From NCBI GenBank assembly GCA_017473115.1, contig JAFUNC010000001.1, positions 183,104-247,103 on the forward strand: DNA of 64,000 nucleotides, written 5' to 3'. Source of the DNA: Lachnospiraceae bacterium. GTDB lineage: Bacteria > Bacillota > Clostridia > Lachnospirales > Lachnospiraceae. A program made the position numbers and the translations under genes. Positions 33,751-43,187 of this stretch are shown here, in pieces; the stretch's first letter is position 1; each line of letters opens with the position of its first letter. The notes beneath the pieces were generated by a model. It was not told where the DNA came from, did not search any database, and saw only the letters and a program-made list of their open reading frames with translations.

Positions 33751-34437
33751 ATGAAAAATAAACGTTTGAAGAAATTTTTGATTAAGTTTGGAATTATTTT
33801 GCTGTGTTTAACAGCGTTTATCATTTATACTACTATTAAATATAAGCAAAAATATCCCGGCGAAAGAACAGAATTTGCATCCATTGAAGAGTTTGAAGCA
33901 TATGGAGGTCACGTTTTAGACGATATACCGGAGAGTGCAAGTGACTTTAAATATTATTATAACGAGGATCTTATATCACGTTTAAGTATATGTTCTTTTG
34001 TTATTGAAGATGAAGCGGAATATGAGGCTTTTGTGGAAGCTTACAGTGCTAAATTTTTTGGTGAGAAAAAAGAACACCCTGTAACACCTCTTTGGGAATA
34101 TTATGGTGATTCCTATACAGAGGAAGAACTGGAAGAAATGGCATATCTGGAAGAACATTATTACGAATTGGATTACAAAGAGATTCTTTCTATGTCCAGA
34201 CATAAATTTGGTTTCTTTAACGGATATGGGGCAAAAGTTGGAGATTATACCAACATGAGTTATTCTTTGGCTGAATTTCCTATCAACGACCGTTTTAAAT
34301 ATGTAGAAGAAGGAAGTATTGAGGATTATACGATTTTGTATTATTATCCTCAATGTAGCGGTAGCCGGACCGACGGCGTTATCGTCGATGAAGAAAACAG
34401 AAAGTTTATTATATATAATTTTTCATACATAAGATAA
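33751..34437 (+). CDS. Hypothetical membrane-anchored protein
   Basis: AGGAG RBS; basic N-terminus, one TM helix, Tyr/Glu-rich soluble domain. Confidence 0.75.
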   Translation: MKNKRLKKFLIKFGIILLCLTAFIIYTTIKYKQKYPGERTEFASIEEFEAYGGHVLDDIPESASDFKYYYNEDLISRLSICSFVIEDEAEYEAFVEAYSAKFFGEKKEHPVTPLWEYYGDSYTEEELEEMAYLEEHYYELDYKEILSMSRHKFGFFNGYGAKVGDYTNMSYSLAEFPINDRFKYVEEGSIEDYTILYYYPQCSGSRTDGVIVDEENRKFIIYNFSYIR

Positions 34438-34460
34438 GTTGGCAAGAGGAGGGATTCATT

Positions 34461-35069
34461 ATGAAAGGAAAAGAGAAATGTAAGGCATTAAAAGAAATCC
34501 GCCAGAAAATCGCGGAACAGAATGATATTGCTTTTGCGGTATCGGAGTGCACCCATCAGGGCGATTGCAGAGGAACCTGCCCGAAATGTGAGGCAGAACT
34601 TCGTTACTTGGAACGCCAGTTGGAAATCCGTAAAAATCTTGGCAAAGCCGTAGTGGTTGCGGGAATTTCTGCGGGAATGTGTGCACCCATGGTAGCATGT
34701 AATCCGATTGAAACAATCGGGGATGCGATTGCGGATGTATACTATACCATTAATCCAAGTGCGGCACCTCTTGCCGGTGATGTAGAATATATTCCGCCTG
34801 AGCAGGATTTAGACGGTGATGTGCAATATATTCCTGAAGATGTTCAGGGTATGGAAGGCCCTGCACCGGAATCCGATGAGCCTGACGGGGAAGATATTCT
34901 TGGTGGCTTGGAAGAATATGATCCTAGTGAGGATGTAGAATCTTCCGAAGAAGATTCGGATGCGGTTTGCCCTGTGGAAGAACCTTCTGAAGAAGATACA
35001 GAAGAAATTGACGAATATACTTTAGAAGGCGACATTGCCATCGATCCGGAGTATTTAGATGAAGAATAA
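34461..35069 (+). CDS. Cys-rich N-terminal domain plus lipobox plus acidic Gly-motif repeat protein; candidate radical SAM partner or substrate
   Basis: C7...C30xHxGxC36xGTC40PxC43; hydrophobic stretch ending MVAC80; LAGDV, LDGDV, VQGME, ILGGL and LEGDI motifs; GAGGAGG RBS. Confidence 0.85.
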   Translation: MKGKEKCKALKEIRQKIAEQNDIAFAVSECTHQGDCRGTCPKCEAELRYLERQLEIRKNLGKAVVVAGISAGMCAPMVACNPIETIGDAIADVYYTINPSAAPLAGDVEYIPPEQDLDGDVQYIPEDVQGMEGPAPESDEPDGEDILGGLEEYDPSEDVESSEEDSDAVCPVEEPSEEDTEEIDEYTLEGDIAIDPEYLDEE

Positions 35070-35691
35070 TATTACAATGCCGGTGGTTTCCTTAAACAGG
35101 CACCGACTTAAAACAGATGGTGTCGGTGTTACCACTTTGGTGGCATCTTTTGGTTGTCCCTTAACCTGCAAATATTGCATTAATAAAAGAACCTGGGACC
35201 CGGCGATGCTACCCAAGTGTGTACATATGACCCCGGAGCAGTTATACGATAAATTAAAAATCGATGACCTTTATTTCATCGCTACCGGCGGAGGAATTAC
35301 CTTTGGCGGTGGCGAGTCTCTTTTGCACGCAGATTTTATCGCGGCTTTTCGTGAGGTTTGCGGAGATAAATGGCAGATTACGGTGGAAACTTCTTTGAAC
35401 GTGCCTACTGAGAAGTTACATACTATTCTACCTGTAGCCAATGCTTTTATTGTGGATATCAAGGATATGAATCCCGAGATTTATAAGGCATATACAGGTC
35501 GTGATAATGCCGGGGTGATTGAGAACTTAAAGATATTAATTAGGGAGAAATCCCCGGAATGTATCCGCATTCGCGTGCCTGCGATTCCCGATTTTAATAC
35601 CAAAGAGGATATGGAAACATCTGTTCAAATCCTTAAGGAGATGGGTTTTACGGATATTGAAGTTTTTCCTTATATCATCCGGGAAGAGTAA
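35059..35691 (+). CDS. Radical SAM protein, PFL-activating-enzyme-like
   Basis: DGVGVTTLV, GCPLTCKYC (CX3CX2C), GGGITFGGGE, ETSL, DIK, RVPAIPDFN; overlaps the upstream gene by 11 bp. Confidence 0.88.
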   Translation: MKNNITMPVVSLNRHRLKTDGVGVTTLVASFGCPLTCKYCINKRTWDPAMLPKCVHMTPEQLYDKLKIDDLYFIATGGGITFGGGESLLHADFIAAFREVCGDKWQITVETSLNVPTEKLHTILPVANAFIVDIKDMNPEIYKAYTGRDNAGVIENLKILIREKSPECIRIRVPAIPDFNTKEDMETSVQILKEMGFTDIEVFPYIIREE

Positions 35692-35719
35692 AAAAGCATC
35701 TGATGTAAGTCCAGGTGCT

Positions 35720-36535
35720 TTATTTTATCCGATAAATATACGCGTTTCCGTGTTTTCCGATACGCTCTACCACATTTACTTCATATAGAATATTAAGCGC
35801 GGTTCCGGCAAGACTCCGCCCGATTCCTGCTTTCTTCGCAAAAACATCTGAAGTGAATTCTTCGGGCAACCCTTCCGGAATCAGTTGCTTATAATCCTCC
35901 GGAGTGCAGATAGAAATTAAGTCCAATAATTCAATGGGTGCTTTATCGGTTTTGGTGGCGCGAATTTTTTTCTGAGGTCCGTAGCCGTCCAGAAGGCGGT
36001 ATTCTTCCGTGGAGAGAATCGCCAATATAAAATGTAAATTCGGATGATGTAAAAAATCCCTAATGCCGTATAATTCATGAAAGAATAAGTATGGCATTCC
36101 TTTTTTACGGGTCTTACGGCTGGTGGTAATGTGTCGATTACGCACTTCATTTATGTTTATGCAGGTCAGGAGAGATTCATTTGTAACTTCCCCGGAAGTG
36201 ATATCGTTGTCACATTCCACCCAGTGCAAGGTATTTTCCAACGAAACCGGGTATACAATCGTCACTTCATGTTCTTTTAAGAAATACTCCAACTTCCGTT
36301 TCATCAGATAAAACTGTTTCGTCTGGATTTCATAAATCTCCCCGTCAATGCAGATATCTGCCACAAAAGTGCCGATTTTTTGCTCGTGGTACTTTTCGTC
36401 CGGGGCAAAATAATACTTTAAAACCGAGTGTACCGATTTCTCACTTAAAGTACCGATTCCCTTCTCTCCTTGGACCTTACCATACATTCTGTTTTTGGCT
36501 TCTTCGAATAATTTTTCATCAATAAAAGACTTCAT
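35720..36535 (-). CDS. Hypothetical protein, PD-(D/E)XK-like nuclease fold with C-terminal winged helix
   Basis: GTLSEKSVH...FVADI...YEIQT resembles a restriction-like catalytic motif; C-terminal FTSDVFAKKAGI...GKHGNAYIY resembles a wHTH. Start taken at ATG 36535. Confidence 0.6.
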   Translation of the reverse strand: MKSFIDEKLFEEAKNRMYGKVQGEKGIGTLSEKSVHSVLKYYFAPDEKYHEQKIGTFVADICIDGEIYEIQTKQFYLMKRKLEYFLKEHEVTIVYPVSLENTLHWVECDNDITSGEVTNESLLTCININEVRNRHITTSRKTRKKGMPYLFFHELYGIRDFLHHPNLHFILAILSTEEYRLLDGYGPQKKIRATKTDKAPIELLDLISICTPEDYKQLIPEGLPEEFTSDVFAKKAGIGRSLAGTALNILYEVNVVERIGKHGNAYIYRIK

Positions 36536-36703
36536 AGGGGAATTATAACAAAGAATTCCCGTAAATCCTACCTTTTTCCTGCGAAATGCTACTTGCAAAT
36601 TTGAAAAAAAAGTAGCATTATGTGAATGATGTGTCTGAAATGTGAAAATAAACAGTGGGTTTATAAAAACAGATAAGAATCAGATCTATGAGGAGAGAAA
36701 AAA

Positions 36704-37909
36704 ATGGGAGCATATTTGGTTTTTAAGGATTTGGCGATTATTATTGTATTTGCCAAGGTCTTCGGTATTCTTGCCCGTAAATGCAAGGCACCTATGGTAG
36801 TTGGTGAAATTATCGCGGGTCTCATCATCGGTCCCTGCCTTTTGGGTTGGGTACAGCCTACGGATTTTATCCTGCAGATGGCAGAAATCGGTGTTATTTT
36901 ACTGATGTTTTCAGCAGGGCTTGAGACAAACTTAAAAGAAATGATTAAAACCGGACCCAAGGCATTGTTGATTGCCTGTGCCGGTGTATTTGTACCTTTA
37001 CTGGGTGGTACTTTATTGTATATGTGTTTTTACGGATTTAGTGCCGTGGGAACACCGGAATTTTTCAAAGCGGTTTTTATCGGTACCATTATGACGGCAA
37101 CATCCGTAGGTATCACGGTAGAAGCATTGCGTGAGATGGGTTATCTGAAAGGTAAAATCGGTACCACGATTTTGAATGCGGCAATCATCGATGATATTAT
37201 CGGTATGATTGTTTTGACGGTAGTGATTGGTTTTAATGATCCGGAAGCGCAGCCCTGGATGGTTGTAAGAAATACGGTATTGTTCTTCTGTCTTGCTTTG
37301 GTGGGCGGTTATATTGCATATAAAATCTTCAAAAAAGTGGATCAGCGTTATCCCCACACCAGAAGAATTACCATTGCCGGTCTTGCACTGTGCTTAATTA
37401 TGGCTTATGCAGCAGAACGTTATTTCGGTATTGCGGATATTACGGGTGCGTATGTAGCGGGTATTATTCTTTGCAACATCCGTGACTCCGAATACATTGC
37501 AAGAAGACTGGATATTAACTCTTATGTCATGTTCGGACCGATTTTCTTTGCAAGTATCGGTTTGAAAACCAATATCCAGAATATGGACTGGTCGATTCTT
37601 TTATTTTCATTGGGCTTTGTAGTGGTAGCATTGCTTACTAAAATTATCGGTTGCGGATTGATGTCCATGGCTTGCAAAATGCCTACAAAACATGCGATTA
37701 AAGTTGGTGTAGGTATGATGACACGAGGTGAAGTTGCCTTGATTGTGGCGCAGAAGGGTATGTCTGTAGGTTTATTGGATCCTGTATATTTTACATCCGT
37801 TATCTTACTGATTATTACGTCTTCCATTTTAACCCCTATTCTGCTAAAATTGTTATATTCGAAATATCCCGAAGATGCTGCGGATTCGGGTGAAACAGCC
37901 AAGGCATAG
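36704..37909 (+). CDS. Cation:proton antiporter, CPA2/NapA family
   Basis: VVGEIIAGLIIGP, LMFSAGLET, ATSVGIT, AAIIDDIIG, GMMTRGEVALI. Confidence 0.92.
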   Translation: MGAYLVFKDLAIIIVFAKVFGILARKCKAPMVVGEIIAGLIIGPCLLGWVQPTDFILQMAEIGVILLMFSAGLETNLKEMIKTGPKALLIACAGVFVPLLGGTLLYMCFYGFSAVGTPEFFKAVFIGTIMTATSVGITVEALREMGYLKGKIGTTILNAAIIDDIIGMIVLTVVIGFNDPEAQPWMVVRNTVLFFCLALVGGYIAYKIFKKVDQRYPHTRRITIAGLALCLIMAYAAERYFGIADITGAYVAGIILCNIRDSEYIARRLDINSYVMFGPIFFASIGLKTNIQNMDWSILLFSLGFVVVALLTKIIGCGLMSMACKMPTKHAIKVGVGMMTRGEVALIVAQKGMSVGLLDPVYFTSVILLIITSSILTPILLKLLYSKYPEDAADSGETAKA

Positions 37910-37990
37910 TATAAGGGTATTTGAAAGTGTACAAGGGATAAAAATGCTTTACAAGCATAAAGAAACAAAGAATTCTTAGGAGGAAATAAA

Positions 37991-38965
37991 ATGAAAAAGA
38001 AACAGGTGATTGCCGGTGTCATTGCCGCTGTATTGTTTGTTTTTATCGGTGTTACCAGTGTCGGTATGAATATTATGGATAAGGCTATGACCGGTATGAT
38101 GGGTTCAGACAGTTATGCGTATGGATTCCCTATGAGTGATTTTGTCGGTATTGTAAAAGTAGACGGTGATATGATGGATTCGGTGGATTCTTCTTATTTC
38201 TCAACCGGCGGATACGACCATGCGGCTACGATAGAATATATTGAGGCTTTATCGGAAGCGGAAAATAATGTAGCAATTTTACTTTATGTGAATTCCGGCG
38301 GCGGCTATACATATATCGGTGACGATTTATATTTGGAACTGATGGAATATAAAGAAGAAACAGGACGTCCCATTTATGCATATTTTGATTCCATTGCGGC
38401 AAGTGCGGCTTATTATGCGGCTATGTCAGCAGACGAGATCTATGCAAACCGTATGACAACAACCGGTTCCATCGGTGTTTATATGACAATTTATGATATG
38501 ACTGAGTTGTATGAAAAACTCGGTATCAAGGAATATATGATTAAAAGCGGTGATAACAAAGGAATCGGCGGTGGCGGACAGGAAGTTACCGAAGATTACA
38601 TTGCTATTGAACAGGCGCAGGTAGATGAAATGTATGAATTATTTATCGATATCATTGCCGAAGGCCGTGATATGGATAAGGCAGACATTTACCCGATTGC
38701 TGACGGCAGAACGTTTACGGCAAATCAGGCTTTGGAACTTGACCTGATTGACGGTATTGCCCGTTATGAAGAGTATAAGGAACAGGTACTTGGTTACATG
38801 GGAGATGATGTGGTTTATTACGAGCAGAATATGGAAATGGATGCATTTTCTGCAATGTTCGGAAGCATTCTGGAGTCCATTCCCAAGTCAGACAACCAGA
38901 TAATCATGGAGTTTATTGAAAGCCACGAAAACGGAGGAGCGCGTTATGAATCAATCTGTTACTAA
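37991..38965 (+). CDS. sppA: Signal peptide peptidase SppA (S49)
   Basis: VNSGGG, AASAAYY, TGSIGV, IKSGDNK, ADGRTFT...LIDGI. Confidence 0.88.
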   Translation: MKKKQVIAGVIAAVLFVFIGVTSVGMNIMDKAMTGMMGSDSYAYGFPMSDFVGIVKVDGDMMDSVDSSYFSTGGYDHAATIEYIEALSEAENNVAILLYVNSGGGYTYIGDDLYLELMEYKEETGRPIYAYFDSIAASAAYYAAMSADEIYANRMTTTGSIGVYMTIYDMTELYEKLGIKEYMIKSGDNKGIGGGGQEVTEDYIAIEQAQVDEMYELFIDIIAEGRDMDKADIYPIADGRTFTANQALELDLIDGIARYEEYKEQVLGYMGDDVVYYEQNMEMDAFSAMFGSILESIPKSDNQIIMEFIESHENGGARYESICY

Positions 38966-39473
38966 AGCAGGTTTTTTCCCCAGACTGGGTGCGTACCTTG
39001 TAGACAGTGTTATCGTAGGTACGGTTCTCCTTTGTCTGAAGATGCCTGTGGGTCTGTTGGAACTGGCAGATCCTGAAATGTTTCTGTTTGGAAATGTGTT
39101 GTTTCATTATAATATTTTTGATATTGTTTTTTATCTGTTGGGCTTGTTGTACTTTGTACTGACTACCAGTATTACCGGTACCACCATTGGGAAAAGATTA
39201 TTTAATCTTACGGTAGTAGACGCGGAAGGTAAGAATCTTACTTTTTTGAATGCTCTGTATCGTGAAAGTGTGGGTAAATTTTTAAGCGGTATCTTCTATT
39301 TCGGTTATATTATGATTTTTATCGATAAAAATAACCGTGCATTTCACGATTACCTCTGCGATTCCGCTGTGGTATATACCTGCAGATTCAAGGTGATTAA
39401 AAAGGTAGTGGGAACGCAGGTTGTTCCCCAAAGTAATATCATAAAGGAAGAAGAAAATGTTCCGACTTCTTAA
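38946..39473 (+). CDS. RDD family membrane protein
   Basis: AGFFPRLGAYLVD, GTTIGKRLFNL, RAFHDYLCDS; overlaps sppA. Confidence 0.88.
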   Translation: MNQSVTKAGFFPRLGAYLVDSVIVGTVLLCLKMPVGLLELADPEMFLFGNVLFHYNIFDIVFYLLGLLYFVLTTSITGTTIGKRLFNLTVVDAEGKNLTFLNALYRESVGKFLSGIFYFGYIMIFIDKNNRAFHDYLCDSAVVYTCRFKVIKKVVGTQVVPQSNIIKEEENVPTS

Positions 39474-41265
39474 GTATTTAAAAAATTACAAAAAAGAAAC
39501 TGTTTTAGGGCCTCTGTTTAAATTAATGGAGGCTTCTTTTGAATTGCTTGTACCACTGGTTATGGCGAGCATGATTGACAACGGAATCGAAAAAAGTGAC
39601 GCCGGACACATTTGGTCCATGGGCGGCATATTATTTTTGTTGGCAGCCATAGGCTTCGGATGTGCCATAACGGCACAGTATTTTGCGGCTAAAGCATCCG
39701 TAGGATTTGCTACCAGTCTGCGCCATACCATTTTTGAGCATATCCAAACCAGAAGTTACGAGCAGATGGATGAATTCGGCACATCTACAATGATGAACCG
39801 TTTAACCAGCGATGTGAATCAGGTGCAGACAGGGGTTAATTTGACTTTACGCCTTCTGCTTCGTTCTCCTTTCATCGTATTCGGTGCCATGATTATGGCT
39901 TTTACCGTAGATGTAAAAGGTGCCATGATTTTTGTGATAACCATTCCCATCTTAGCGGTAGTGGTTTTTGCAATTCTTCTGATTAATATTCCCCTGTATA
40001 AAAAGGTGCAGCGTGCGTTAGACAAGGTTGTGGTAAAAACCCGCGAAAACCTTACGGGTGTCCGGGTGGTTCGCGCTTTTTCCATGGAACGCGAAGAGGT
40101 GGAAGATTATGATGATTCCGTAACTTTGCTTAAGAAATACCAGTTGTTTGCCGGAAGAGTCAGTGCTTTTATGAATCCGGTGACTTTTGCCATCGTAAAC
40201 GGGGCAACTTTGGTATTGCTTTATAAAGGAGCCGTAGAAATTGATGCAGGTTTTCTGACACAGGGCCAGTTGATTGCCCTGGTAAATTATATGGCTCAGA
40301 TTTTGGTAGAACTGATCAAATTGGCGAATTTAATTATTACCATCACCAAGTCTATGGCCGGCGGGTCCCGTATTGCGGATATGTTATATGCGGATGAGAA
40401 CGAGGCTGATGCGCGGGAACAGAAGAATGAAGATGGGCAAAATGCCGGTACTTCAAACAGTACGGCCGGAGAAGACGGTACTATCACTTCTCAGGTTTCC
40501 GTAGATGCAATCAACGAAATTGAGTTTCAAAAAGTATCCTATACCTACAAGGGGGCTGCATCCGCATCCGTACAGGATTTATCCTTCCGGGCGAAAAAAG
40601 GTGATATTGTGGGTGTTATCGGCGGTACCGGTTCCGGTAAAACGTCGTTGATTAACCTTTTAGCAGGATTTTATACGGCTGCCGAAGGCCGTGTCCTTGT
40701 AAACGGTGAAGATATTATAAACTGTAATGCAGGTGATTTGCGCGCCCATATCGGTATTGTTCCCCAGACGGCGGTACTTTTTAAGGGAACCATTGCAGAG
40801 AATTTGAAATGGGGCAAGGACGATGCCACCGAAGAAGAAATGTGGGAAGCCTTAGAACTTGCCCAAGCAAAAGAATTTGTAGAACAGAAACCCAATCGGT
40901 TAAAAGAAGCGGTTGTCCAAGGAGGTAAAAATTTCTCCGGCGGACAGCGGCAGCGACTTTGCATGGCAAGAGCGTTTATCCGTAAGCCGGATGTTTTAAT
41001 TCTGGATGACAGTACCAGTGCTTTGGACTACGCAACGGAATCCAAGGTGCGTCAGGGAATCCGCAAGTTGACGGAAGATGCAATCTGCTTTATCGTATCC
41101 CAGCGTGCAGCGTCCATTATGGATGCAGACCTGTTGATTGTGCTGGACGAAGGTGAAGTGGCTGGTATGGGTACTCACGAAGAACTACTGAAATCCTGTG
41201 AAGTATATGCCGAAATCTATTATTCTCAGTTCCCTGAGGATAGAGAGGAGGCACAGAATGCGTAA
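39457..41265 (+). CDS. ABC exporter, fused TMD-NBD (heterodimer subunit with degenerate site)
   Basis: Six TMs; GGTGSGKT, FSGGQRQR, ILDDSTSALD, VSQR. Confidence 0.92.
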   Translation: MFRLLKYLKNYKKETVLGPLFKLMEASFELLVPLVMASMIDNGIEKSDAGHIWSMGGILFLLAAIGFGCAITAQYFAAKASVGFATSLRHTIFEHIQTRSYEQMDEFGTSTMMNRLTSDVNQVQTGVNLTLRLLLRSPFIVFGAMIMAFTVDVKGAMIFVITIPILAVVVFAILLINIPLYKKVQRALDKVVVKTRENLTGVRVVRAFSMEREEVEDYDDSVTLLKKYQLFAGRVSAFMNPVTFAIVNGATLVLLYKGAVEIDAGFLTQGQLIALVNYMAQILVELIKLANLIITITKSMAGGSRIADMLYADENEADAREQKNEDGQNAGTSNSTAGEDGTITSQVSVDAINEIEFQKVSYTYKGAASASVQDLSFRAKKGDIVGVIGGTGSGKTSLINLLAGFYTAAEGRVLVNGEDIINCNAGDLRAHIGIVPQTAVLFKGTIAENLKWGKDDATEEEMWEALELAQAKEFVEQKPNRLKEAVVQGGKNFSGGQRQRLCMARAFIRKPDVLILDDSTSALDYATESKVRQGIRKLTEDAICFIVSQRAASIMDADLLIVLDEGEVAGMGTHEELLKSCEVYAEIYYSQFPEDREEAQNA

Positions 41266-43084
41266 AAAGACTCTTCGACAGATTTTTAAATATATCAAAG
41301 CAAATACCGTGCTTTTGGTTATTTCTCTTTTATGTGCTTTTATTTCTGTAGCAGGAACGCTGTACATTCCCATTTTAATTGGTCAGGGAGTAGACTTATG
41401 TTTAGGCACGGGACAAGTGGATTTCGCCGCTATCGGCCAATTGCTTTTTATCGGAGTGATTGTGATTGCCGTTACCATGGTAGCGCAGTTTATTATGAAT
41501 TTATGTAATAATCGGATGACAGCCAACGTCGTTGCAGGAATGCGTAAGGATGCCATTCGTAAATTGCAAAGACTTCCCATCCGTTATATTGATAATAAAT
41601 CATATGGTGAATTGGTAAACCGCATTATTGCGGATGTAGATACGTTTTCGGAAGGTCTGCTTCTTGGATTTTCTCAGTTATTTACGGGAATTCTCACGAT
41701 TCTGGGTACTTTGGGCTTTATGCTCGTGATTGATTTTAAAATTACCCTGATTGTTGTATTGGTTACGCCCTTGTCTTTCTTTGTGGCAGGTTTTGTATCC
41801 AAAAAGACATTCAGTTTATTCACCAAACAATCTTCCACCAGAGGAGAGCAGACTGCTTTTATCGAGGAAATGGTCGGAAATCAAAAGATTGTCAGAGCCT
41901 TTGGAAAAGAAGCGGATGCTATGGAGCGTTTCGATCAGATTAACGAAAAACTCCAAAAGGTATCGGTGAAGGCGATTTTCTTCTCTTCTTTAACCAATCC
42001 GGCTACACGTTTTATCAATGCGCTGGTGTATGCGGCGGTAGGTGTATTTGGTGCCTTGATTGTAATGGATACCGAAGCAGCCATTACCGTGGGTGAGTTA
42101 TCCTGCTTTTTAAGTTATGCAAATCAGTATACCAAGCCGTTTAATGAAATCTCAGGTGTAATAGCGGAATTTCAGAATGCTTTGGCTTGTGCGGAGAATT
42201 TCTTTAAATTCTTAAATGAGGAGGATGAGAAGGATGCGGTTTGCGTAGATTCTCTTGCGAAAATAGGGCAGAAAGAAGAACAAAATAAAAAAGCGGGTGC
42301 AGACAAAGCGGCGGCAGGGGCTGAAACAAGCCAAGCGCTTAGCAACGGTGCAAAACTTATCGGGGATGTAACCATACGCAATGTATCGTTCTCGTATGTT
42401 CCGGAGCGTAAATTGATAGAAGATTTTAACCTGCATGTAAAACAGGGACAGCGCGTGGCAATTGTAGGTCCGACAGGTTGCGGTAAAACCACATTGATTA
42501 ACCTTTTGATGCGATTTTATGATATTAATGCCGGCGATATTATTCTGGACGGTGTGCCCATTGATGAACAGAGTCGTCATGATTTAAGAGATTCTTACGG
42601 AATGGTACTTCAGGAGACCTGGCTGAAAAACGGAACCATTCGCGAAAACATTGCGTTCGGCAAGCCGGATGCCACTATGGAAGAGATTATTGAGGCAGCG
42701 AAAAAAGCCCACGCTCATAGTTTTATCACCCGTATGCCCAAAGGATATGATACGGAGATTCTTGAGGATGGCGGTAATCTTTCCAACGGCCAGAAGCAGT
42801 TGCTTTGTATCGCTCGCATTATGCTGATGAATCCGCCGATTTTGATTCTGGATGAGGCAACGTCTTCCATCGATACCCGAACCGAAATGAAGGTACAGGA
42901 TGCTTTTGCAACGTTGATGAAGGGCAAGACCAGTTTTATTGTGGCACACAGATTGTCGACGATTCAAAGCGCGGATATGATTCTTGTTATGAAGGACGGC
43001 AATGTCATTGAGCAGGGAACCCACGCGGAACTTTTAAAAGAAAAAGGATTCTATTATGAGTTGTATCAGAGCCAGTGGGCGTAA
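41258..43084 (+). CDS. ABC exporter, fused TMD-NBD (consensus-site subunit)
   Basis: GPTGCGKT, LSNGQKQ, ILDEATSSID, VAHRL; start at ATG 41258 after GAGGAGG. Confidence 0.92.
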   Translation: MRKKTLRQIFKYIKANTVLLVISLLCAFISVAGTLYIPILIGQGVDLCLGTGQVDFAAIGQLLFIGVIVIAVTMVAQFIMNLCNNRMTANVVAGMRKDAIRKLQRLPIRYIDNKSYGELVNRIIADVDTFSEGLLLGFSQLFTGILTILGTLGFMLVIDFKITLIVVLVTPLSFFVAGFVSKKTFSLFTKQSSTRGEQTAFIEEMVGNQKIVRAFGKEADAMERFDQINEKLQKVSVKAIFFSSLTNPATRFINALVYAAVGVFGALIVMDTEAAITVGELSCFLSYANQYTKPFNEISGVIAEFQNALACAENFFKFLNEEDEKDAVCVDSLAKIGQKEEQNKKAGADKAAAGAETSQALSNGAKLIGDVTIRNVSFSYVPERKLIEDFNLHVKQGQRVAIVGPTGCGKTTLINLLMRFYDINAGDIILDGVPIDEQSRHDLRDSYGMVLQETWLKNGTIRENIAFGKPDATMEEIIEAAKKAHAHSFITRMPKGYDTEILEDGGNLSNGQKQLLCIARIMLMNPPILILDEATSSIDTRTEMKVQDAFATLMKGKTSFIVAHRLSTIQSADMILVMKDGNVIEQGTHAELLKEKGFYYELYQSQWA

Positions 43085-43129
43085 AGATTGTAGGATTTAG
43101 ATAATAGGCCGATTTCATAAAATGATAGT

Positions 43130-43168
43130 AAAAAGGAGATGCACATCTTAAAAAGGCATCTCCTTTTG
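43130..43168. terminator. Bidirectional terminator
   Basis: AAAAGGAGATGC...GCATCTCCTTTT between convergent genes. Confidence 0.75.
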
Positions 43169-43187
43169 CAATTCACGTTCTGATTTT

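Noticed and set aside
35059-35691. Calling the radical SAM pflA or nrdG
   Set aside because: No pflB, nrdD or other glycyl-radical enzyme in the window, and it is coupled to an unrelated gene, so no symbol was given.
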